This document shows, piece by piece, positions 11,781 to 22,781 of a stretch of DNA of 64,000 bases. Under the pieces are notes generated by a model. It did no database searches, was not told the origin of the DNA, and saw only the letters and a program-made list of their open reading frames with translations. The translations under genes were made by a program, and so were the position numbers. Numbering within the stretch: the first letter of the stretch is position 1; every line of letters starts with the position of its first letter. The stretch lies in NCBI GenBank assembly GCA_048772705.1, contig JBLWGC010000230.1, forward strand, positions 1,054,001 to 1,118,000, written 5' to 3'. This DNA is from Leidyana gryllorum EB-2025a (lineage: Eukaryota > Protista > Apicomplexa).

Positions 11781-12482
11781 TCACAATAAGAAGAGCGCTG
11801 GCAAAAGGAGTAACGCAGAAACGGAGATGACAGATTTGGTGGCATTGCTGGGTGAGTATCTCCGAAGGTTGTTGGAGGGCATTAGTGGGTTTGTACCGCC
11901 GCCGGGGTAGGTGGGTCGGTTGTTGTAAGGGTTGCCGATATAACTTCCTCCTCCGTTGTAGGGAAGATAGCCGTGATTTACATTTCCCCCCAAGGGCGAT
12001 GCGAGGACGCGACGACAGGAGTCATAAGTGGCAAAGGGAAGGCAGAGGCCTCGAAGGAGGTGATCGAGGATTTCCTCTCCGAGTCGACAGTTCTTGGTAT
12101 GCAAGTGAGGATGGTGGTGATGATGAGGGGGGCCGACCGAGTTGAAAGCCTCTCGCACCTTGTTGTCGAGTTCAGTTTGGGATCGTTGCAGCGAGGACTC
12201 GAATTCCGTTGGACTCAAACGCGTTCTCTCGCGCTGCAAGGCGTCTTGATAGGCGAGCATAGTTTGACCGGATATGAACAAGGCCTCATGTATCTGGGCC
12301 ATCTCTCGAGTTGACAACTCTGTTATTCCCGCACCATGCATCACTTCCGCAGCCCTAAAGGCTACGTCCTGTGGCACCCCATGGTCGGCCCAGAAACGTT
12401 GACTTTCTTGCACCGTGGTCAGTTCATCGCTCGCAACCAAGTAAAACAAACTTGAGATCAGAAGTAGAAGTAGGCGTGTCAT
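11781..12482 (-). CDS. Predicted GPI-anchored surface protein (cluster member D)
   Basis: Signal peptide MTRLLLLLISSLFYLVAS. The C-terminus SPSNATKSVISVSALLLLPALFLL has small omega-site residues, a spacer and a terminal hydrophobic tail. Confidence 0.78.
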   Translation of the reverse strand: MTRLLLLLISSLFYLVASDELTTVQESQRFWADHGVPQDVAFRAAEVMHGAGITELSTREMAQIHEALFISGQTMLAYQDALQRERTRLSPTEFESSLQRSQTELDNKVREAFNSVGPPHHHHHPHLHTKNCRLGEEILDHLLRGLCLPFATYDSCRRVLASPLGGNVNHGYLPYNGGGSYIGNPYNNRPTYPGGGTNPLMPSNNLRRYSPSNATKSVISVSALLLLPALFLL

Positions 12483-15400
12483 TTTTTTCCTGTAATGCTC
12501 GGGACTTCAACCCGGCCGCTCCCTCGGAGCAGCCGACGATCAGTAGCCGCTGACAAACCATCGCCAAATGGACGCAAACCGCTGATCAAAGACGCTAAAT
12601 AGGGCCGCAGGCTCGTGAAGTCATCATCAAGAGCTTCATAACCCTCCTCCAATTCTGTAATGGAACCAGACACCACAGGACGCACGATATCACACAACAC
12701 TCCGCCAAATACTGGCCAACTGCACACGCCTGGACCAGTGCGGTGTAGCGCTTGAGCAGCTGTAAAGAACAAACGATTTGCTCCTTTGAGGGTCCCATCC
12801 ACAACAACGATCAAATGACTCAACTCGCGGGCCGGAATCTCTGTCACTCCGCCGTATACCAATGCACCAGCCATGACGCCCGCAGCTCCATCGCCGAACC
12901 GAGAAGCGAACACACGATTCACAGCAATGTAATCACGAATTGCATCGTGCCCGACTACCATCGCGCCGCCTGGCAAGAGTTCTGGTAGCCTCGCACGTTT
13001 GTCCCATCCCCAATTATGATCTCCGATGAGTAAATCAATCCGGGAGTCATCACCAACAGCCGCTGACGACTCTGAAGAACTAAAATCACCGTCACTGTCA
13101 CCATCAGCGTCAGCATCACTGCTAATATCAGTAACACTGGGACCCCTGAATTTGCTCTCAGTCTCCACTCCGTCCCCCCTTTTGAAATCCTCGTCACTGT
13201 CCTCGGGGTCAGGAGTGTCGACACCCACATAGGGGTCCACCGGAATCCCATTCTCCTCGTCATCTCCATCCAGAGGGAGATCCGTCGGGACTGTGATGAA
13301 CGCATCATCACTGCTGTCACTGTCACCATCATCAGCCTCCGCCTCCTCCTCATCCGCCGTTGACAACTCATTGCTCGAACGCGACTTGAATGGTTGATTG
13401 AAAATCTGTTCACTCGTCGTCACAGACGCAGTACTTGCAGTCTCAGTCGGAACAACGTACGGAGGCACAGCCGTTGAGAGCCGCACAACCGATGGGAAAG
13501 TCGTCAAACGAGTCACAACCTCAGCAGCTGTCGACTGGAAGAACTCTTCTGTCGAGACAGCCTCCGTCGTTGTAGTCTCGTCAACCTGCAAAGGAGAGAG
13601 AAGAATTCGCTGAAACCCAACTTTCCTCGTCACCACTTACTGCTGGCATCGGCGCCTCGACTACGTCACCAAAGCTGTCACTGTGTTGCTCACTATCCAC
13701 ATCATCGTCCTGAGGGTCGAAGTACAACGGAGGTCGGTAGCCTGGGGGCAATAGCAAAGTACTTACACTGGGGCTCGAAGTTGACCATAACTCTGCTGCC
13801 TCGGTTTTGTCGGCGACGCCATTATCTTCGACAGCCACAGAGTCTCCAATGTTTTCTTTAGCGATCGGGGCGGTCACTCGTGTCATATCTTCAAAGGCTT
13901 CGCTCACGTCTTCCTCAGTACTGCTGCTCGTTTCCTCATCTCCATCTGTCACACCATCGCTCGTCGAGGAGGTCGATGTCTCCGTCTCGGTCGCAGTCGA
14001 AGACGACTCTGTGGTTTCTCCTTCTTCTGCAACAGTATCTGTCGACTGCTCATCATCAGAGACGGCAGCTTCCTCGGGCTCGCCACTGATACTGGGATCA
14101 GTACTGGTGACAAACGGACTTGGAGACGCCAAAGTGGTGGTCACCTCCTCGGTGGTCTCGACGGGCATTGGTGGTGGTGGAGCCAAACTGGTGGTCACCT
14201 CCTCGGTGGTCTCGACGGGCATTGGTGGTGGTGGAGCCAAACTGGTGGTCACCTCCTCGGTGGTCTCGACGGGCATTGGTGGTGGTGGAGCCAAACTGGT
14301 GGTCACCTCCTCGGTGGTCTCGACGGGCATTGGTGGTGGTGGAGCCAAACTGGTGGTCACCTCCTCGGTGGTACTTATCTCGAGAAGAGACGGCGGAGGC
14401 GTCAACGTAGTTGTAATGTCCTCAGTCACTTCGAGGGCTGGTGTGTCTTCGCTTATGTCAGCAGACATCGGAGGCGGAGCCATTGTGGTGGTCACATCAT
14501 CCGGCACATCGGCGGTGGTGAACGGCGGCACCTCGGTGGTGTCTTCGCTTATGTCAGCAGACATCGGAGGCGGAGCCATTGTGGTGGTCACATCATCCGG
14601 CACATCGGCGGTGGTGAATGGGGACTCGGCGTCAGTTTTCTCCGACGACGACTCTTCCACCTCGGTTACGGCTGCCGTGGTCGGGATGAAAGTCTCTTCA
14701 GTCTTGGGCATCATAGTGGGGATGAAGGTCGGATTTGTCTCTTCGGCTTCGGGTGCGACGCCGACAGAGTCCGTACTTTCGAATGGAGCCGGAACATAGG
14801 TTACCGTCGAGGAGGTCTCCGTTGTGGTTGACGTCTCTAACAAAGTCGTGGAATCAGTTACCTCCTCATCAGCAATAATCTTTGACGGTTCAGTCTCCGG
14901 TAAGGTCGGCTCTGTTTCCGCGGCTTCGGGCTCAGCACTCACTGCACGAGTGACTTCATCCAGCGGGGCTGGCTCGGCCTCTGTGGCGTCAGTGGATGGT
15001 GCAGCAGCAGTTCGGACGTCGCTGGAGGCGCTGGTCTCTTCGGCTTCTGTGGTGCTTTCCTCTGTGGTGGCGGCAGTGGTCTCTGCTGCGGTGCTGGTCA
15101 CCTCAGACTCGGAAGTAGACGACTCCTCAGTGCTCAACGGAACCTTCGCAGTGTCGGTGTCATCTGCCGCTTCTGTTGCGAAGGCTGGAGGAGCTTCCTG
15201 CAGATTCTGTGGAGCTGTCACCGTCGGCTCGGCCCACGTGCTGGTGCCCGGAACACCAACGGATGTTTGCGCGTCCGGTTCCGTCGCATCAGTTGCGATT
15301 TTGAGGACGGGAGTGCTGGTCGATGTTTCAGTCTCCGTCGAAGTTGTCACATCTGCAGGGGCAGTGGGTGCTGCAGTCCAAGTTGTCGACACCGAGAACT

Positions 15401-18383
15401 CGATCTCCGCTTCCGTCGTGGTGAAAGTTGCCTCTTCCGTAGTGGTGGGAGTTGTGTCCACGACGACAGTGGAGACTGGCGCGTCCGTAGTGGACACAGA
15501 CTCGACCTCTTGGGGAACTGAGGGAGTCGGAACTTCCTCGGTGGCAGCAGTGGGGGCACTCTGCACCTCTCCAGGGACTGAGACGGTGACCGGGGGGTCC
15601 GGAGTCGTAGTGGGGGCAGCTTCCAGATCCTGGGGTACTGAAACTGTGACCGGTTCGGTGGTAGGAATGGGAGCCTCTTGCAGTGACTGCGGCACAGAGA
15701 CTGTAACAGGTTCTGTGGTTGTCGGAACCACCGCTTCGAGATCCTGAGGCACTGACACAGTGACTTCTTCGGTCGAGGTGATCGGAAGAGTCTGAACCTC
15801 TCCAGGCACTGATACAGTGACGGGTTCTGGAGTCGGAGTGGGAGCAGCTTCCAGATCCTGGGGTATCGAGACGGTGACTGGGCTCGTGGTAGTCTCGGGC
15901 GCCTGCTGGAGATCTTGAGGCACTGCCACAGTAACTGCGTCGGTAGCAGTCGCCGGTAGAGTTTGGACCTCCCCAGGTACTGATACAGTGATGGGTTCTG
16001 GAGTCGGAGTGGGAGCAGCTTCCAGATCCTGGGGTATCGAGACTGTAACAGGTTCTGTGGTTGTCGGAACCACCGCTTCGAGATCCTGAGGCACTGCCAC
16101 AGTAACTGCGTCGGTAGCAGTCGCCGGTAGAGTTTGGACCTCCCCAGGTACTGATACAGTGACGGGTTCTGGAGTGGTCGTGACCACAGCCTCCACCTCT
16201 GGGACGGAGGTGGCGGGAGTGGTAACGGCCTCAGAGCTCAATTCACTCTCAGTGACCTCTTCCTCGGTCTGGACGCTCGCCGACACTGTAACGTCTACCA
16301 CCTCAGTGGTCACCACAACCTCGAAAGCGGTGGTAGAATCGTCCTCTGGACGCGTCGTGGGAGTTTCCACTACCTCTGGGGTGGATGTCGCTTCGGTAGT
16401 CTCTTCCTCAGATTGAACTGTTGCGGAAAGGGTTACCTCCACTGCCTCTGTGGACACCACAGCCGTAAAGGTTGTGGATGACGTTTGCTCCGGTGCTGTG
16501 GTGGGGGAAGCCGTGGACTCGATCGAGGGCGAGAGTTCCTTCTCCGGAGCCACAGTGAACGGAGCCTGGGTGGAGACAGCTTCTGGCGCTGCGTCGATCG
16601 TCCTGGCGGTCTCCTCGGTGGCGGGAGCGGAAGTGGAGGTTTCCTCCTCCTCCGTGGTGGACTCCTCCGTAGTGGAATCGGAAGCAGTATGAGTACCATC
16701 GAGAGTAGTAGTGGTGAAAGTAGCAGGTTCACTGGTGGTACTCGCTTCCTCTGTTGTGGAATCTGCTTCTGGCGTGGAATTTAGAGGAGACTCTAGCAGG
16801 GAAGGCCCGGTAGTGACAGTGACTTCTAACTGAGGAGTTGTAGACTCCTCGGCTTGGAGGTCTGCCTCAGGGGTGGTCTCTGAAAGCGGTTCCGTACTCG
16901 ATTGAACTGTTTCCGTATCCACTCCATCAGTCGACCCCTCTTCGACGGCTTCGGTTTCGGTCTCAGTCGATCTCGGGATCTCTGTTGTTTCCAGCGACTT
17001 GGGTTCAGATTCTTCCACCGGTGCCTCCGTAGCGGCAGCTTCAGGCTCTGCCTGTACGGGGAGAAATTCGGTCACTTCCGTATCAGTGGGAATGGGGAAC
17101 GCAGTCATAGTTAGGGGCGGGACAGTACTTTCGGAGGTCGTGGGTGGTTCGGTTGGCTCAGTACTGGACGTTGTTGCCTCCGTGCTGGTGGAGGACTCGT
17201 CGTCGTCGTCGTCGTCAGGCTCTGTGGTGGTGGTAAGGGGGCTTGTGAGCTCTGGTTCGGCACTTGGTGAGGATTGAGGCATCTGAGTGGATGCCGAGTC
17301 TGTCGTCGTAAGAGTTGCACTAGTCGTTAATGGAGCGTTAGTGGTGGTTGCGGGTCTTCTATAGGGTCTGGTGGTCTCATCGGATTCTTCTTCTTGTGGG
17401 GTGGTTTCTTCCGTTGAGGAAGTAGCGTTAGTAGGTAAGGGTGGCGGGATGGTGGAAGAGGAGGGCTCGTCTTCCTCCGAGGAGGCCTCTGTTTCGGACT
17501 TCTCGGGCTCATAGCGAATAGTAATGTGTTGATCCTCATCAGGTTCACAGGTAGGATCCCCGGCCTCCTCGTCATCGCCTTCATCTTCGCACTCAGGTAA
17601 GGTGGTGGTGTTGTCTTCGATAGTTTTGTCGGTAGATGGGGAGAGGGCAGGTGCACTGGCGACAGCTTCAGGTGCGATCACAGCCGCAGTGGTCTCATCG
17701 TCTGGTTGGGCAGTTGTTTCTGCATCCTCAGTGGTGGTGACATCGTCTGTGTCGTTTCCATCGACTTCCTCCTCTGTTGTAGTGTGAGGCCTATGGCGGC
17801 CGATGATCTTGACGGTGAGGAGTTCATATTCGGTCGATTCTATGAGCTCTTCTTCATCATCACTGATAGAATCGACGTCCTTTCCATAGGGCGACTCGAC
17901 ACCTGGTGCTAGTGGGCGTCTCTTGTCACCTGACCGAAGAGGGTGTTTCGCCTTTCTCTTCTCCTCCTCAGGGGTTATGGGATCGACCCAATTGTCCTTG
18001 GGAAGATCTTCGACATCAGGTTCGTTGATGATCCATGGTTTCTCGGCATCCGGATCGAGGGGCTCCGTACTAGTGGAGTCCAGAATCACGGGCACCATGT
18101 CATCATCGTCGTCATCGTCATCGTCAATAAGATCATCATCCTCATCGTCATCATCAATGTACTGATCCCGATTAAAAGACTCGGGACGCACCGCGCCGCC
18201 TCCCGTAGTAGTGTCCTCGTCTACATCATCATCCTCGCTGCCGTCCGCTACAGACGAGGGCCCTTTGTCCTGTTGTAATAAGTTATCTTCAGGGAAGTAA
18301 TACAGCCGCCTGGGAGCAGGTGCTGATGTCGTTTCAGTCGTAAGTACTAACAAGCAAATTGGAACCAGTAAACTGTACTTCAT
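12479..18383 (-). CDS. Giant (~1950 aa) secreted Thr/Glu/Pro-rich mucin with a C-terminal helical domain (cluster member A)
   Basis: Signal peptide MKYSLLVPICLLVLTT. Intron 13586-13640 (gtaagt...ttgcag) joins ORFs 13581-18383 and 12479-13636 in frame. Several internal tandem repeats. Confidence 0.85.
14134..14371 (-). repeat. 54-nt near-perfect tandem repeat, ~4 copies (VETTEEVTTSLAPPPPMP)
   Basis: acgggcattggtggtggtggagccaaactggtggtcacctcctcggtggtctcg recurs at 54-nt intervals (14161, 14215, 14269, 14323). Confidence 0.95.
14443..14620 (-). repeat. 96-nt tandem duplication (PFTTADVPDDVTTTMAPPPMSADISEDT x2)
   Basis: gtgtcttcgcttatgtcagcagacatcggaggcggagccattgtggtggtcacatcatccggcacatcggcggtggtg occurs at 14443 and 14539. 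Confidence 0.9.
15500..16200 (-). repeat. Degenerate 57-nt (19-aa) repeat array with a 171-nt higher-order period
   Basis: Units PVTVSVPGEVQTLPATATD / AVTVAVPQDL... / PVTVSIPQDLEAAPTPTPE. Identical DNA blocks lie 171 nt apart (15917 and 16088). Confidence 0.88.
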
Positions 18384-18832
18384 CGCCGAGGACGATCTAA
18401 CATACGGTCACCTTTTCGGTTTCGATGGCTCTAGAGATCTCCTTGATGATCCGGGTCGTAAGTCCCAACACCACTTGTTAGTCTGAAAACACCTTTTGGG
18501 CCATTCAGACACCGAATTTAGCTTTGATCGGTCTCAACAGTACAATCGCGCGCCAGCAAGTTGTCACAACCCCTTTTACCCCCTTTGACGGGCTTTACAG
18601 TCGCCGCGAACCCTCTCAGCGCCTCCAGTTATCCACTTCTCTCGTCGCTGACACATGTCCCTTCTGCCCGGTGGCCATTCTTCGTGTGCCGCTTACGTTT
18701 TCAAGGGGGGGCGGTTCTTTCTCTTGTAAGATTACAGACTCATTGTTATGCGTAATGGGTGCGAGTGCTTTTGTAAAGCCGCGGGGTGGCCGCAAGCACC
18801 ACCTCGAGCATTGGCAGTTTTCACCCTATCTC

Positions 18833-19543
18833 TCAATCGTTGAAATGTAGATTTCTGTGGAGGAGAGCGATATCGTCGAGCACAATGTCAATGAGTCGGC
18901 GAACGGCAGAGCGAACGAAGGAGACACGAGGATCGAATGACAATCGAGAGTGCAGTCGCATCAACTCAGAAAAGATGATACTGATAGTCTCGCGGTAGTT
19001 ATCGTCCTGGTCGGGATCGTCGAGCAGTTCATCAATTGGCTTGAAGCAAACAGGAAGCCCCACTTCCACTCCCAATCGCAACGGAACGATCACGTTGAAG
19101 AGGGGAAGGATCTCATTCTCGGTGTTACCCTCAATCAAATCCAAAAAGTGGTTCACAGACTCCGGGTGGATCGGCACGTGATGTCGGCTGCTAAAAAGCG
19201 AAGCAAAATAGGCGATACCGTACGTTCCCAACCGATCCCCATAAGTGGGATGTGTGGTCAGATATAGCATAAAGTCCACATAGGTCCGCAGAATGACTTT
19301 GCCGTTGACGACAGTTCCGATCTTCTGATTGACGAGAAGCGTTCCATCTTCTCTGCGAGAGGGAGGAAAAGGGTGAGAGGCAAGCCGTCCGGGTACCACT
19401 TACTGAGGCTTGAGGTGCTGGGTGGCATTGAAGTCCGGGACCGTCGTGAGAGGTCGACGGTCGGGGAGCGACTGGAGAGCGCGGAACGCGGTTCGAGCAT
19501 ATGCGAGAGCCCCGCCCAAATACAGCAAGATCAAAGGCTTCAT
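18833..19543 (-). CDS. Small secreted protein consisting mainly of the cluster helical domain (member C)
   Basis: Exon 1 (not in the ORF track) reads MKPLILLYLGGALAYA..., a signal peptide. Intron 19353-19403 (gtaagt...cgcag) joins it in frame to ORF 18833-19399. Confidence 0.72.
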
Positions 19544-19676
19544 TTACGTGGGAAGAACAGAAGAAAAGGATCAATTCGACGGTTAGTCTGTCCGGTAAGT
19601 GGCGGAAAAGGCAGGTGCGAATCGTTCTGAACGTTTGTAGATCGCAAGGTAATCAGTCCAGTAATGCTTCTTAAGA

Positions 19677-20481
19677 TCAATTGTCGTCGTCATCATCACT
19701 GCTGCTGGAATCATCATCATCATCATCGGCGCCGCCAGATTGTTTGTGACGTTTCAAGTGATGGAAGGGGTGTAACACGTGGTTCAGCAAGTCATCCAAT
19801 CCGTTATGAAGAGCTTTGAGTAAGACGCCCAAGTTATGGCCTTCGGCTGCCAAGGTAGTTCCCAACATATCGAGAATGCGGATAGCACCTACAGATTTGC
19901 TTCATACTGCAACGGCCGCCAAGAGTAACCCACCATTGAACAGAGGTGACAATAATTCTACCACCGGCCGAATAATCTTGATAGCCTCCAACATGTGGAA
20001 GGTCTCACGCAGGACACGAGCGAGACCAAATATAAGCGGTGCGAGGCCTAAGCTGTCGTTCAATTTCATGATCAACTCATCAACCATATTGGTGGCCACA
20101 TTCGTCACGCCTCCAACAGTCAATCCCTGCGCAATTTCCCGGGAAGCCAGTTTCCCGTAACCCTTATGATTCTGCTTAATGTGCTTTTCAATAGCTTTGG
20201 CGTCAGAAAGAGTGCTGGGAGAAGAATCCTCTGCGAAAAGCACACACACAATCACGGAGACGGCAGCTTGACTCACTGGAAGAAGGAGGAGCTTTGGAAG
20301 AAGGAGGAGCTCCAGCACCCTTCAAGTGGGGAGGGGCTTCCATGGCTGCCACATCCTGATGGTCAGTCAGCCGCTTGAAAGTGTCAGTCCACTCGGCCAG
20401 ACACACTTCAGAAGTGCCAGCCTGACGGCCCCCGACCACCAATCCCACACACAATGCGAGCGAGCCGATGATGAGCCTCAT
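19677..20481 (-). CDS. Small secreted protein with the cluster helical domain and a poly-Asp tail (member B)
   Basis: Signal peptide MRLIIGSLALCVGLVVG. Intron 20231-20276 and a 45-nt gtgggt...ctgtag intron (~19889-19933) join three ORF pieces. Confidence 0.72.
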
Positions 20482-20615
20482 CCGCACTTAGAGGAAGATT
20501 AGTATGTATGTCTTTCCAGAAGCAGACCGTTCGTCCCACTGGCGCCCCATTCGGGCGGCCGGGTCTTGGGCATTCTTCGACATCTGTAGATTGAAATAAA
20601 AGACTATAGTAAAGA

Positions 20616-22716
20616 ATGAGAGATGCTTTTCTCCTCGTGCCCCCTGTGACTGAGAGTCGCCCCCCCATCCAAGTATTGAGTGACTTTGCGCGGTAGGAGG
20701 AAAGAAATACTTCTTTCCTCTCAAGCACGCCTTTCAGGGGCAAGTTGCCAGATGGCCCTTTGCAGTGTCAAGCTGACATTTGGCGGCAACCAGCGCAACA
20801 GGGGCTGGTTTTCTCCTGGCGTAATACGCTGTTGCAGGGTGAATTGCTCAGACTCTTTGTTGTGGGTACACAATGGAAACTCTCGAAAGAGAAACTTGAA
20901 GAATTGATGACCCTTGTGCATGAGGCCCAATCCCTTAATGTGACACTCGAGCATCTCGGAGAGGGCAAAGCATCCTCCCTATCTGAATGGATCACTACAG
21001 CTCCGGTCATTGATGCACCGACTGTCAATTGTGATTTTGACGTCTCACCGGCTTTCTCCACTGAGGACGAGGTGGGTAAGTACTCACCCCACTGCACTTA
21101 ACATCCAATCCTAATCTATCAAAGATATGTTTGACCACCCAATTATGGGAATCTCAAGCCTTCCCGGTCGGCCGTCGTGAAGGTATCGTTTGCACCAAAA
21201 CACCAATCTCGGTGCTGAATCGACCACTTGCGCTACTCTTTGTTGTTGAAATCGCCGTCAGTAAGTCGCCCGCTCCAACCTCTCTCCTCTAAACCCCCTT
21301 CTCAGCGGCCCATCGTAACAAGTTGATGAAACCTTTACACATGTGTCTTACTCTGTACGATGTCAATGTAGCGACTCAAGTCGACGCCCGGAACTCTCTG
21401 GACCAAGCCAAAAACTACCCCCTCCCTTGGGAAGCTGGCGGCGATGTCAACCTCTCCAAGGTGAGTGTGCCATCCCCACTTCTTATCACACCTAACCTTC
21501 TCCCAACAGAACTTCGGCTTACTCACAGCCATGGAAGAAGAAGTGTCCATCATTGCAGAAACGCCTTCAACTGATGGCGAGAAAGAAGATGCGGTCGAGC
21601 TCAAGTGGCCCATCACCGTTGTACGTCCACTCACACTCACCACATCCCTCATTGGAGAGACAATGTTCGTCAAGATGGAGAATATGACCAGTGAGCGCCA
21701 GAGTTTCAATCACTCTCTCGACATCACGCTATCACCGCAGCGAGTGTCGACATCATCGTCGAGTCTGTCCACACCCGCTCCACCAGCTGTAACAGCCAAG
21801 ACTGCCTGCCAACCCGTTTAGCGCCCCGAGATCAATACTGTATTCCGTTGCAGCTTCATGCCGACATGGGCGCACAACAGCATCGAATACAACCTAAATG
21901 GCCTCCCCCTGATGGAGGTTTCTTAACCAGTATGGGGGGGTCCAAGACAGTCTTTCCTCTCAGCATAAAGTGGAGAATCGCGGATGGCTGTCCGGTTTCC
22001 GTTTGGGCGCAATTTGGTGCCGATTGTCAAACGGAAGCCCTGACTCCTGTTGAGATTCTCGCACATCGTAAGCCCGCTTTCCCACCCTCCCGCTCCACGT
22101 TGAGGGCTCGTAGGGGTCCAACGCAATCGAGGATCTAATAATCAGATCACTCTCAAGCTTACGATAATCAATCATGAGTTGGAAACCATCGATGCCTGGC
22201 TTCTTTTGGCTCGTAATCGAGAAGAAAAGTCTCTGGTCGATAACTATGTCGAAAAACTGCTGACATCATCTGCGACCTTTGATCGTCACGACTTGCTGAA
22301 CAGATTGGCCGATGTGCACGAATTCAGCCTCAGTGTTCCAAGACCAATGCTGAGCGTTCAACCAGCTCGACACTTGGGGTGAGCCGGAAAGATTAGTTCA
22401 TCGTCTTCATGCGTATGCAATGTTCATTGGCGTTGGATCTGCTAATTATCGGCTGTTTGTTGAGGAATGATGTGTTGGATGCATTCGACTGATGCTTTCT
22501 TGACTGTGTGTCTCCATCTCCACGATTGCGCACGTGTGTGTGCTGCGAGTGGTAAGCAATGCTCGGTGCAGATTGATCCCAGCTGAAGGGTCACTGGAGA
22601 CTTCCATGGATTTTTACCACGCCACCGCCGGAGATGGGATGTTGGAACCCCCAGCCATGTTTTTGTGGGATTTGAGTAGCGGGCGCGTGTTTAGCGTGGC
22701 TCCTCGGTGTGTTTAG
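20616..22716 (+). CDS. Putative TRAPP-II accessory subunit (Trs65/TRAPPC14-like, Ig-like folds), multi-exon
   Basis: The spliced model has beta-rich segments LKWPITVVRPL, MFVKMENMT and ITLKLTIINHE. Its C-terminus HLGLIPAEGS...MDFYH...G...MFLWDLSSGRVF resembles my recollection of the Trs65 C-terminal pattern. Confidence 0.45.
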
Positions 22717-22781
22717 GTTTGTATGTGTGCTAGTTCAAAAGTTGCTGACTGCCTGACTGTGCTAGGGTGTGTGGAGGCTAC

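Noticed and set aside
8185-12500. AG dinucleotides just upstream of several ATGs as spliced-leader trans-splice acceptors
   Set aside because: The pattern is seen at a few genes only (8198, 11737, 12482), without polypyrimidine tracts, and is absent at most other starts.
14134-14371. Regular direct repeats resembling a CRISPR array
   Set aside because: There are no unique spacers, the unit is a multiple of 3 inside a coding exon, the context is eukaryotic, and no cas genes are present.
13807-17787. Long plus-strand ORFs (e.g. 13807-14799, 14824-15747)
   Set aside because: These are antisense shadows of the low-complexity Thr/Glu mucin and give Val/Ser-rich nonsense products.
18458-18600. 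gtaagtccc...gggctttac as an RNase MRP/P P4 helix
   Set aside because: The pairing is imperfect, the spacing is short and the other conserved regions are not identifiable. It is kept only as a generic structured-spacer finding.
19902-19904. Single in-frame TGA between two same-frame ORFs (possible selenocysteine, readthrough or pseudogene)
   Set aside because: A 45-nt gtgggt...ctgtag intron of typical size removes it and preserves the frame.
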